Made by a program: the position numbers and the translations under genes. A stretch of DNA of 26,911 nucleotides, from positions 1 to 26,911 of the forward strand of contig CALXPX010000001.1 in NCBI GenBank assembly GCA_944390305.1, given 5' to 3'. This stretch comes from an uncultured Clostridia bacterium. Lineage in GTDB: Bacteria; Bacillota; Clostridia; TANB77; CAG-508. Positions 18,240 through 26,739 of this stretch are shown one piece after another (positions within the stretch are counted from its first letter, which is position 1; every line of letters begins with the position of its first letter). Under the pieces are notes generated by a model. That model was not told the origin of the DNA. It worked only from the letters and a program-made list of their open reading frames with translations, and searched no databases.

Positions 18240-19199
18240 TTATTTTATCTTTTCTATTTCTATTATTTTATTTATTTCACTAATTGCTCTTAACTTTTGA
18301 GAATGTATTTGTGTATTGTTATATGTTTTTATAAAATATTCACAATTTTTTAAGTCCATAAAAGATGTATATTGTGTATAATCATTCTTTCCACTACTTG
18401 TTACAACAATGCCTTTTGGAATACTTACAGATTCCATTATATGAAAATATGTTATGATTGCTTCATTTTTGTTATTTGGTATTTCTACATGAGATTTTAA
18501 AAATGCTGCTCTTACAAATCTTGATGGTGGTGTAAAATCTCCTGGAATACCTATTAATCCTGCACCCTGACCAAATGGTGTTAAATAAATTTTTTCCCAT
18601 CTAGATTCATTATACTGAATAGGAGATAAATTCATGTAATTTCTTAAATTTGTTATATGCCATTCTAAATTAGGACTATTAGTAAGCACTCCTATCGGGT
18701 TTAATAGCAAATGCATTCCATCTTCTCTGTTTTCTAATATTAGACATTTCCCATTACTATCTACAATTATCCAATGCAAAGGAGCTATAGTATTTGTTAT
18801 ATTATCTTTTATTCCAATTATAGAAGTATTATATAGTAAAAAGCAAGCTTCATCAATATTACTACAATTTCCCAATAAGAATTTAACTATGTTTACCGAA
18901 TCAATATTATATTTTTTATTTGTATACATTTTTTCATATTTTGCGAAACCTGGAAAATATAGACTTGCAACAGCTAATCCCTTTTCATTAACTCCATCTG
19001 CAAATACTATATCTTCTACCTTCTGCCCCATTCCTATAAATGAATATTTATTTTTTATTTGCATATTAGATGATACATTTTTCCAATTATAATTTCTAGG
19101 ACAAATATATATCGATGGATTTAAATCATATGAAAAATCCATCGTTCTACCGAAATACCAATTTCTTTGCTTATCACTAAAGTTAATTGCTGTACACAT
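18240..19199 (-). CDS. Choloylglycine hydrolase family Ntn-hydrolase (bile salt hydrolase / penicillin V acylase)
   Basis: N-terminal MCT nucleophile, 'FGRTMDF', 'DGVNEKGL', 'LTNSP', 'GIPGDFTPPSRFVRA', 'YTQYT'. Confidence 0.92.
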   Translation of the reverse strand: MCTAINFSDKQRNWYFGRTMDFSYDLNPSIYICPRNYNWKNVSSNMQIKNKYSFIGMGQKVEDIVFADGVNEKGLAVASLYFPGFAKYEKMYTNKKYNIDSVNIVKFLLGNCSNIDEACFLLYNTSIIGIKDNITNTIAPLHWIIVDSNGKCLILENREDGMHLLLNPIGVLTNSPNLEWHITNLRNYMNLSPIQYNESRWEKIYLTPFGQGAGLIGIPGDFTPPSRFVRAAFLKSHVEIPNNKNEAIITYFHIMESVSIPKGIVVTSSGKNDYTQYTSFMDLKNCEYFIKTYNNTQIHSQKLRAISEINKIIEIEKIK

Positions 19200-19224
19200 A
19201 TTTTCTCCTTTAGTTATCTGAATT

Positions 19225-19923
19225 TTATTCTTTTATTTCTTTTGCAAGTTTTCCTATCGCTCTTGTTTCTATTCTTGATACATAAGAACGTGAAATTCCC
19301 ATATCACTTGCAATTTCTTTTTGAGTCTTTGGTTTTTCTCCATTAAGACCAAATCTTAATTCTATTATAGTCCTTTCTCTGTTTTTTAGAACCTTTTTTA
19401 TTTTTTCATATAACTTTGATATTTTCATTTTAAGATCCACTTCTTCATCAATTGGTCTTTCTTCATTTTCCAAGACTTCTTTTAATGTTACTGTATTATC
19501 GTCTTTATCTTTACCAATTGGATCTTCTAAATACACTTCTGAATTTATTCTTTTAGTAGCTCTTAAATACATAAGAATTTCATTATCTATACATTTTGAT
19601 ATATATGTAGATATTTTTATAGACTTTTTTGAATCATAACTATTTATTCCTTTTATTAATCCTATTGATCCTATAGATATTAAGTCATCTTGATCTATAT
19701 TTGTATTTGAATATTTTTTACATACATGAGCTACTAATCTTAAATTGTGTTCTATTAATATGTTTTTAGCTTCTATATCTCCTTTTTCCATTCTCTCTAC
19801 ATACATTTTTTCTTCATTAGGAGTTAAACTTTCTGGAAAAAGACTATTGTTTGATATGTACCCTAATATAAATATAGCTGAACCTAAAAATGCTAAAAAT
19901 CCTGATATTGTAATCGTTAACAT
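19225..19923 (-). CDS. sigK: Sporulation sigma factor pro-sigmaK, uninterrupted
   Basis: Hydrophobic pro-sequence then 'GYISNNSLFPESL', 'LIEHNLRLVAH', 'DDLISIGSIGLIK', 'TQKEIA..MGISRSYVSRIE'. Start placed at ATG 19923 (GGAGGTG RBS). Confidence 0.9.
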   Translation of the reverse strand: MLTITISGFLAFLGSAIFILGYISNNSLFPESLTPNEEKMYVERMEKGDIEAKNILIEHNLRLVAHVCKKYSNTNIDQDDLISIGSIGLIKGINSYDSKKSIKISTYISKCIDNEILMYLRATKRINSEVYLEDPIGKDKDDNTVTLKEVLENEERPIDEEVDLKMKISKLYEKIKKVLKNRERTIIELRFGLNGEKPKTQKEIASDMGISRSYVSRIETRAIGKLAKEIKE

Positions 19924-19956
19924 ATATGCACCTCCAACATTTTCTCTCATACATTA

Positions 19957-19984
19957 ATTATATGTTAAAAAATTTTTCAATGTG
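19957..19984 (-). promoter_or_regulatory. SigK/SigE-type mother-cell promoter upstream of sigK
   Basis: CACA (19984-19981), 16 nt, CATATAAT (19964-19957), matching the B. subtilis mACa-N16-CATAnnnT consensus. Confidence 0.6.
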
Positions 19985-20080
19985 CATGACCCATGAAAAA
20001 GGCCAAAGTATTGTTTTCTTTTTATATTAAATATTCTATTTTTCTTTATTGTTTTAATTTACTTTTTACTAATAAATAAA

Positions 20081-20116
20081 AAACTCTAAGATTAATAATT
20101 AATCTTTAGAGCTTTT
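20081..20116 (-). terminator. Probable terminator after the U32 gene
   Basis: AAACTCTAAGATTAAT.../...TTAATCTTTAGAGCTTT imperfect inverted repeat with a minus-strand T-run. Confidence 0.55.
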
Positions 20117-20136
20117 AATATTTATATCGAAGTATT

Positions 20137-21369
20137 TTATATTTTCTTTTTTCTTATTATAAACCCTTCTTCACATTTAATTGGCAGATGCATTAATACT
20201 TTCTGTCCATCTTTTCCTGGATTTACATATTCAATTTCTTTTCCAGTTTCATCGTCCCACATATTATTTATAGTGAATTCTTCTACTTCTATTTTATTAG
20301 GAATGATAATTTCCATTTTATTCCCAACTTCTAATCTGTTTTTTACAGCTAAAACTGATTTATCCTCATTATATTCCATAACCTGACATGCATATTCATA
20401 TTTTGCATTATATTGTTTTCCTTCATATTCTTGAAAGTCTTTGTTATTTTTATCTTCAAAGAAGAATGTTGTAAGTCCTCTAGTTTTTGTTTTTTCTAAT
20501 TCATTTAAATATTTCTCATAATTAAATTTTTCGTGATTATTTATATAGTCATCTATTGCTGTTCTATATGTATTTACTACACTTGCTAAATAATATTCAG
20601 ATTTTAGTCTTCCTTCTATTTTTAAACTAGTAACTCCCATTTCAATTATTTCTGGAATTTGTTTAATTAGGCATAGATCTTTTGAGGATAATATATATGT
20701 TCCATTTGTATCTGTTTCTACAGGCATTAAATTACCCGGATTTTGTTTTTCTTCTAGATATAAATTATATGCCCATCTACAACTTTGTGCACAATCACCT
20801 AAATTTGCATTTCTACAAGCTAGAAAATCACTTAAATAGCATCTTCCGGAATATGCCCAGCAAATGGCTCCATGAACAAATATTTCAGTTTCTAATCCTT
20901 GAGGAGTATTATCTATTAGGTATTTAATTTGCTCTTTGTTCATTTCTCTAGAAAGTATTACTCTTTTTGCTCCATTTCTATACCAAAAATTAGCTGCGTG
21001 ACTACTTAATGTGTTTGCTTGTGTACTTATATGTATTGGAATATCTGGAGCCACATTTTTAATCACTTCAATTACTCCCCCGTCAGATGCAATTATTCCA
21101 TCTACTGCTAATTTATTTAATATTTTTACTTGATTTACGATTTCTTCATACATACTATCCCCAGCATATATATTAATTGCTGCATATACTCTTTTCCCTA
21201 TACTATGAGCATATTTAATAGTATTTGCCAAATCTTCATCATCTACTTCTGCTCTACTTCTTAAAGATAAAGCACCTGTTCCACAATATACAGCATCTGC
21301 TCCATATTTAAATGCTACTTTTGCTTTTTCAAAAGACCCAGCTGGTGCTAATAATTCAGGTTTTTCCAT
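20137..21369 (-). CDS. U32 'peptidase' family protein (TrhP/YegQ-like, probable tRNA hydroxylation)
   Basis: 'PELLAPAG', 'GADAVY.G', 'IHISTQAN', Fe-S cysteines 'HGAICWAYSGRC...N.GDCAQSCR', 'SLKIEGR'. Start placed at the second ATG (21369). Confidence 0.85.
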   Translation of the reverse strand: MEKPELLAPAGSFEKAKVAFKYGADAVYCGTGALSLRSRAEVDDEDLANTIKYAHSIGKRVYAAINIYAGDSMYEEIVNQVKILNKLAVDGIIASDGGVIEVIKNVAPDIPIHISTQANTLSSHAANFWYRNGAKRVILSREMNKEQIKYLIDNTPQGLETEIFVHGAICWAYSGRCYLSDFLACRNANLGDCAQSCRWAYNLYLEEKQNPGNLMPVETDTNGTYILSSKDLCLIKQIPEIIEMGVTSLKIEGRLKSEYYLASVVNTYRTAIDDYINNHEKFNYEKYLNELEKTKTRGLTTFFFEDKNNKDFQEYEGKQYNAKYEYACQVMEYNEDKSVLAVKNRLEVGNKMEIIIPNKIEVEEFTINNMWDDETGKEIEYVNPGKDGQKVLMHLPIKCEEGFIIRKKKI

Positions 21370-21414
21370 ATACATTCCTTTCTATATACTTTTTTTACTA
21401 CTTTATTTTTTTAT

Positions 21415-21443
21415 ATTATATTATTTTTTCTATCATTTAGCAA
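21415..21443 (-). promoter_or_regulatory. Sigma-A-like promoter of the U32 gene
   Basis: TTGCTA (21443-21438), 17 nt, TATAAT (21420-21415). Confidence 0.65.
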
Positions 21444-21475
21444 GTAGAGTTTATATTATTTTATTTAATAATAGT

Positions 21476-22717
21476 TTATAAAAATAAAGCAATACGAAAA
21501 GTACCAAAAAGGCTTGCATTTGTATCAACATAAAAACGGCATCCAGCTGGTCCAGCAATATAACTATTTTCTGCATAACAGCCTCCTCTAGCAGTCAGTT
21601 CTGCAATGTGAATTTCACTACTTCTTTCATAACAATTTCCGCCCATATCATATATATTGCTTACTGCTGTTGTTTGCCCTGTTGGTACTAATACTTCTGT
21701 ATTTTGTTCTTTTATTTGATTTTTTCCTAATATATCTATATAACTAAATTCAGATTCATAATTATTTCCTTGTGGTGAATTTATTCCATAATTTGTAGTT
21801 TTTATTTGTATAAAATTTATTGCTGTATCCCATGCATAACTACTTACTAATTTAGTTTTAGTATTATATCCATTTTTACTAGCCATTCCTTCTGATACTT
21901 TCTTTGAATTATCATAAGTTATATAATTATATGGTGCTTGTCCAGATTTTATTGCTACCTCATTACTTTGGCTATCTCCACTTTCTCTCAATTTTTTAGC
22001 TTCTGTTGATACTTTATCTCCTGATTCGAATCTTCCTATATAATAGCCTCCATTTGCATTTACACTTGCTTCTTCATCTGTTGGTAATGTTTCTGAATAC
22101 TCTCCATAATTTCCGGCATTTTTTCCAAAATCCGTTCTTTGATAAATAATAGTTTTATCTCCTATGCTTGTATGTATAGTTACACCTGATCCTGTTTTTG
22201 CTGGTATCCATACAAATTGGTTTCCTTCTTTATCTTCTATTACTACTCCATCTTCTACTAAATCTGCTGTTTCTTCTGATACCTTAAATCCTTCTGGTAA
22301 TGTTATCTTATTTCCTAAGTCATCTACTACTTCTTTATCTTCTTCAAAATATGCATCTTTATCTTTTAGGTATGATACTTTATTAGATGTAAGCATTGTT
22401 CCTACTATCTTTTCTCCATTTACATATCCTGTCTTTCCCCATTCTATATCTTCTGCTTTTGCTGTTGCATCTGATGTATCCAAAACTTCTAATTCTCCTG
22501 TTATTCCTCCTATTTTTACTCCTTTTCTTATGTATTTTGCAATTAGACTTGAACTTGTATTTTCTCCTAATTTATATTTTTCTTCTTCTGCTCTTTTATT
22601 TACTATTACATTTCTTATTAATATACTTCCTACTATTATTCCTATTAGAATTACAACTATAATTAATATTAATAACTTTTTGTTTTTTAGATTTTCTATT
22701 TTTCTTTCTTTTGACAT
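21476..22717 (-). CDS. Membrane-anchored surface protein with C-terminal FGE-sulfatase/CLec-like domain (paralogue of 16795-17952)
   Basis: N-terminal TM; 'GNQFVWIPA', 'GYYIGRFESG', 'LVSSYAWDTAINFI', 'NIYDMGGNCYE', 'RGG', terminal 'TFRIALFL'. Confidence 0.8.
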   Translation of the reverse strand: MSKERKIENLKNKKLLILIIVVILIGIIVGSILIRNVIVNKRAEEEKYKLGENTSSSLIAKYIRKGVKIGGITGELEVLDTSDATAKAEDIEWGKTGYVNGEKIVGTMLTSNKVSYLKDKDAYFEEDKEVVDDLGNKITLPEGFKVSEETADLVEDGVVIEDKEGNQFVWIPAKTGSGVTIHTSIGDKTIIYQRTDFGKNAGNYGEYSETLPTDEEASVNANGGYYIGRFESGDKVSTEAKKLRESGDSQSNEVAIKSGQAPYNYITYDNSKKVSEGMASKNGYNTKTKLVSSYAWDTAINFIQIKTTNYGINSPQGNNYESEFSYIDILGKNQIKEQNTEVLVPTGQTTAVSNIYDMGGNCYERSSEIHIAELTARGGCYAENSYIAGPAGCRFYVDTNASLFGTFRIALFL

Positions 22718-22749
22718 ATTTTTTCTCCTTTTACTTTTTTATATAACGC

Positions 22750-22792
22750 AAAAAAACTATGCCTTTTAGATTCGTCTAAAAAGCATAGTTTT
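22750..22792 (-). terminator. Leader terminator 2
   Basis: AAAACTATGCTTTTTAGA-cgaa-TCTAAAAGGCATAGTTTT (18 bp, one G-U), ending in a T7 run. Confidence 0.88.
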
Positions 22793-22861
22793 ATTTCTAT
22801 GTTTACATAAGCTTATTTTGTTAAATCCTACGATATATATATATATATATATACAGCCTCA
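22751..22861. repeat. 111-bp direct repeat, copy 2 (leader element)
   Basis: 106/111 identical to 17983-18093. Confidence 0.95.
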
Positions 22862-22875
22862 GCGTTTTTAAGCAT
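22828..22875 (-). other. Putative leader ORF 2: MLKNAEAVYIYIYIS*
   Basis: ATG at 22875 preceded by AAAGGAAAAGGTAAG; the TA tract encodes YIYIYI; TAG at 22830-22828. Confidence 0.65.
22833..22853. repeat. 21-nt (AT)n microsatellite, copy 2
   Basis: TACG-(AT)10A-CAGCC, same length as copy 1. Confidence 0.97.
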
Positions 22876-22903
22876 TTTCTTACCTTTTCCTTTATTTTTT
22901 TAT

Positions 22904-22932
22904 ATAATACCATTATTTAATTTTTATTTCAA
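22904..22932 (-). promoter_or_regulatory. Sigma-A-like promoter for leader 2
   Basis: TTGAAA (22932-22927), 17 nt, TATTAT (22909-22904), with an extended TGn. Confidence 0.7.
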
Positions 22933-23107
22933 TACAATACCTATAATTATTTTTATGCTATTTCGTTCTTTATTTTAATATATTAAATATATACCTTATT
23001 TGATTTTTTCTTTATTTTCGGGTATAATTTAAGTTATACTATAAAAGTAGAATATAAAAAATTTTAATATTTAATTATTTTACTTTTATTTGGAGGTTTT
23101 TATTTTT

Positions 23108-25309
23108 ATGTTTGATATAGAAAAACTAGAATTTAATTATATAAGAAATCGCTTACTTAGTTTTTCTTCTACTTTTGAAGGAAAAAATTTAATTTTAAAT
23201 TTAAAGCCTACTTCTAATGAATTAGAAGTACAATCTTTACTTGATGAAACTTTTGAAGCTATAAATGCTATACATTGTAATGGAGCATTTCCTATTTCTG
23301 AACTTTCTGATTTTTCTTTATGGATAAAAAAATTAAAAAGTAATTCTTCACTTAATACAAAAGGACTTTTAGATTTGTGTAGTATTTTAAAAATTTCAAG
23401 AGAACTTTTAGATTATTATAAAAGTGTAAGTTTAACTATTCAATTAGATACTTTAAATCCTTATTTCTCTTCTCTTTATTCTAATAAAGATGTTGAAGCA
23501 AAAATCAGTACTGCAATTGTTTCAGAAGATATAATAGCGGATGAAGCATCTAAGGAACTTTATTTTATTAGAAAAACTAAAAAGATTTTAGAAAATGAAG
23601 TTAAACAAAAATTAAATTCTTTAATTCATTCTTCTTCATATTCAAAATATATAATGGATCCTGTTGTCACTATTAGATCTGGAAGATTCGTAATTCCTGT
23701 TAAAGAAGAATATAAATCTTTTATAAAAGGTTTTATCCATGATACATCTAGTAGTGGTTCTACAGTATATATAGAACCTATGGCTGTATTTGAAATTAAT
23801 AACAAAATAAATGATTTGATTATTAAAGAAAATAAAGAAATTGAAAAAATTTTAGAAAATTTATCTAATTTATTAATACCTTTAGTTAATTATTTAGAAG
23901 AAGATATTTTTCTAATTGGAAAATTAGATTTTATTTCTTCTAAAGCTAAACTTGCTATAGATATGGATGCAACTATGCCTATTTTGTCAAATGAAATTAA
24001 TCTTATTAAAGCTAGACATCCTTTAATTCCTAAAGATAAGGTTGTGCCAATAAATATTTATGTAGGAAATAGTTTTTCTACTTTAGTAATAACTGGGCCT
24101 AATACTGGTGGAAAGACTGTTAGTTTAAAAACTGTTGGTTTATTATGTTTAATGGCTCAGTCTGGTTTATTTATCCCAGCAAATGAAAACAGTAAGGTAA
24201 AAGTTTTTGATAATATTTTTGCAGATATAGGAGATAAACAAAGTATAGAAGAATCTTTAAGTACATTTTCTGGTCATATGACTAATATTGTAGATATTAC
24301 CAAAAATGTAACTTCTAAAAGTTTAGTTTTAGTAGATGAATTAGGTTCTGGTACAGACCCTATAGAAGGAGCTAATTTAGCCTTGGCTCTTCTTGAATAT
24401 TTTCATAAGAAAAAAGCAATTACAGTTGCTACTACTCATTACCATGAAATAAAAAATTATTGTATTACTCACGATGGTTTTGAAAATGCAAGTCAGGAAT
24501 TTAATATAGAAAAGCTAGAACCCACATATAATCTTTTAATTGGTATTCCTGGAAAGAGTAATGCTTTTTCCATCAGTAAACGTTTAGGTTTAAGTAAAGA
24601 AATTTTAGATAGAGCTGCATCTTTTATGGAGAAAAAAGACTTTGATATTGAAACTTTAATGAAAGAAATATATGATGATAGAATATCTATAGAAAACTTA
24701 AAAAAAGAAGAAGAAAAAAATTTGCATCAAATAGAGTTATTAAGAAAAAAATTAGAACAAGAAAATTCTCAAAAATTAATTAATGAGGAAAAAAAGGTAC
24801 AAAAAGCAAAAAAGGAAGCAAAAGATATTTTACTTAGTGCCAAAGAAGAAGCAAATAGAATTATTAAAGAACTTAATCAATTAAATAATGATGATTTAAA
24901 AAAAGCAAATAGACTAAGAAATGATCTTAATAACAGTTTAAAAGATGCTGATTATGTATCTAATTCTTTAGATTTAAGCGTATTACTAAAATTAAATAAT
25001 CAAGAAACTATTAAGCCTAATAATAATACTACTACTGTACATTTAAATAACTTATCTTCTACAAATATTTCATCCGAAATTAATCTGCTAGGAGAAAATG
25101 TTGATAGTGCTATAGATATGCTAGATAAATATTTAGATAATTGTTCTATGGCTCATTTAAAACAAGTAAGAATTATTCATGGTAAAGGTACTGGCAAACT
25201 TCGTACAGGTATTCACTCTTACTTAAAAAACTCTAAGTATGTAAAATCTTTTAGAATTGCAGGCTTTGGAGAAGGCGATTATGGAGTAACTATTGTAGAA
25301 TTAAAATAA
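23108..25309 (+). CDS. mutS2: MutS2 (ATPase with C-terminal Smr domain)
   Basis: 'VTIRSGRFVIPVK', 'ITGPNTGGKTV', 'ADIGD.QSIE.SLSTFSGHM', 'VDELGSGTDP.EG', 'IIHGKGTGKL'. ATG 23108 preferred over TTG 23090. Confidence 0.95.
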   Translation: MFDIEKLEFNYIRNRLLSFSSTFEGKNLILNLKPTSNELEVQSLLDETFEAINAIHCNGAFPISELSDFSLWIKKLKSNSSLNTKGLLDLCSILKISRELLDYYKSVSLTIQLDTLNPYFSSLYSNKDVEAKISTAIVSEDIIADEASKELYFIRKTKKILENEVKQKLNSLIHSSSYSKYIMDPVVTIRSGRFVIPVKEEYKSFIKGFIHDTSSSGSTVYIEPMAVFEINNKINDLIIKENKEIEKILENLSNLLIPLVNYLEEDIFLIGKLDFISSKAKLAIDMDATMPILSNEINLIKARHPLIPKDKVVPINIYVGNSFSTLVITGPNTGGKTVSLKTVGLLCLMAQSGLFIPANENSKVKVFDNIFADIGDKQSIEESLSTFSGHMTNIVDITKNVTSKSLVLVDELGSGTDPIEGANLALALLEYFHKKKAITVATTHYHEIKNYCITHDGFENASQEFNIEKLEPTYNLLIGIPGKSNAFSISKRLGLSKEILDRAASFMEKKDFDIETLMKEIYDDRISIENLKKEEEKNLHQIELLRKKLEQENSQKLINEEKKVQKAKKEAKDILLSAKEEANRIIKELNQLNNDDLKKANRLRNDLNNSLKDADYVSNSLDLSVLLKLNNQETIKPNNNTTTVHLNNLSSTNISSEINLLGENVDSAIDMLDKYLDNCSMAHLKQVRIIHGKGTGKLRTGIHSYLKNSKYVKSFRIAGFGEGDYGVTIVELK

Positions 25310-25312
25310 ATT

Positions 25313-25345
25313 TAAGCCAATTATATAAAAAATATAATTGGCTTA
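25313..25345. terminator. Bidirectional terminator
   Basis: TAAGCCAATTATAT-aaaaa-ATATAATTGGCTTA perfect inverted repeat between convergent genes. Confidence 0.85.
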
Positions 25346-25354
25346 CTTTATTTC

Positions 25355-25849
25355 CTATCTCCCTCTTAGACATCTTCTAAATTGCCTTTGACAATTACAT
25401 ATTCTACATGCTTCAGTGTCTGGATCATTATTTCGATTACATCTACAATTACAGTTACAATTTGAAGTATTATTTGTATTGCTAATTGCATTAATTAAAT
25501 CTATGTCGTTATTATTGCTATTATTGTCATTATTATTATTTTGGCAACCGCATCTATTACAGTCATTATTATTGCAGTTATTATCATTATTATTTATTAA
25601 ATTTATTTGTATTGTTCTATTTTCTATTTTGCAAAATATTCTTACTATATATGCTGTAATTAATGCAATTAATGCATATATGAAAGCTGCTATTAAGAAA
25701 ACGACTCCATAGACAGTAAATGTAACTATTAAAAACACTGCTAATATTATTGCAGATACTAAAAAGGGATTATTTAATATTTTCTGAAGTGCTATAGAAA
25801 ATATTATTGTTGCTATTGGAAATATAAAGAAAAATAAAATTATGTCCAT
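25355..25849 (-). CDS. DUF2651/YbeF-like 3-TM membrane protein with Asn/Cys-rich tail
   Basis: 'FFFIFPIATIIFSIALQKIL..PFLVSAII.AVFLIVTF' N-terminus; low-complexity N/C-rich C-terminus. Confidence 0.65.
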   Translation of the reverse strand: MDIILFFFIFPIATIIFSIALQKILNNPFLVSAIILAVFLIVTFTVYGVVFLIAAFIYALIALITAYIVRIFCKIENRTIQINLINNNDNNCNNNDCNRCGCQNNNNDNNSNNNDIDLINAISNTNNTSNCNCNCRCNRNNDPDTEACRICNCQRQFRRCLRGR

Positions 25850-25889
25850 ATTATCCCCTTGTATATTTTATGTAAAGTATGTTTTTTTG

Positions 25890-26642
25890 TTACACTTTAT
25901 CTTTTTCTTCATATTCTACATTTACTAAGTATAATCCATTAGGTGGAAGTGTTTTTCCTGCTTTTAGTCTATTTTTTGCATCTAATATTTCTTTTACATC
26001 TTTAGCATTAATTTTTCCTGTTCCTACATCAATAAGAGTTCCTGCAATTATTCTTACCATGTTGTATAAAAAACCATTCCCTGTTAATTCAATTGTAACA
26101 ATTTCTTCTTCTCTTTTAACTGATGCATTATATATAGTTCTAATACTACTTTTGCTACTAGTACCACTTGCCTTAAATGATTTAAAATCATGCTCTCCTA
26201 TTAGATATTTAGCAGCTTCATTCATTTTTACGTCATCTAGTTTTTCAGGGAAATGATATTGTAAATTTCTATAAATTGCAGTTCCTTGAACTGAATTATT
26301 AATTACATATTTGTATGTCTTTCTTTTACAAGTATATCTACTATGAAATTTTTCATCTACTTCATTTGCCTCTTTTATTCTTATTGATTTTTTTAGTTTG
26401 GAGTTTAATGCATATGGTATTTTTTCTATTGGAATATCTTTTTCTATTTTAAAATTGGCAACTTGTCCAAGCGCATGTACTCCTGCATCAGTTCTACCAG
26501 ATGCAATTAAATCTACTTTTTCTCCTGTTACTTCTTCTATTGCTCTTTCTATTTCTCCTTGAATATTCAATTTGTTAGGCTGTTTTTGCCATCCATTAAA
26601 ATCTTTTCCATCATATTCTATTATTATTTTTATATTTCGCAT
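25890..26642 (-). CDS. truA: tRNA pseudouridine(38-40) synthase
   Basis: 'IEYDGKDFNGWQKQ', 'ASGRTDAGVHALGQVA', 'GEHDFKSF', 'GFLYNMVRIIAGTL'. Confidence 0.97.
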   Translation of the reverse strand: MRNIKIIIEYDGKDFNGWQKQPNKLNIQGEIERAIEEVTGEKVDLIASGRTDAGVHALGQVANFKIEKDIPIEKIPYALNSKLKKSIRIKEANEVDEKFHSRYTCKRKTYKYVINNSVQGTAIYRNLQYHFPEKLDDVKMNEAAKYLIGEHDFKSFKASGTSSKSSIRTIYNASVKREEEIVTIELTGNGFLYNMVRIIAGTLIDVGTGKINAKDVKEILDAKNRLKAGKTLPPNGLYLVNVEYEEKDKV

Positions 26643-26708
26643 TTAATTTCCTCTTATTCTTTATTTATTTTTATGTTTCTATCTTTTAGTTTATGTATTT
26701 AAAAATTT

Positions 26709-26736
26709 ATTCGCCTAAAATTTACTTTAGGCGAAT
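26709..26736. terminator. Intrinsic terminator upstream of truA
   Basis: ATTCGCCTAAA-atttac-TTTAGGCGAAT perfect inverted repeat. Confidence 0.75.
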
Positions 26737-26739
26737 TTT

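Noticed and set aside
19225-19923. skin-like element interrupting sigK
   Set aside because: The ORF is continuous from pro-sequence to region 4, and no recombinase is nearby.
1497-26256. Plus-strand ORFs antisense to real genes (e.g. 1497-1928, 9388-9726, 22164-22769, 25416-25712, 25879-26256)
   Set aside because: Shadow frames: F/L/S/I-rich mirror compositions, no RBS or motifs, and fully overlapping well-supported minus-strand genes.
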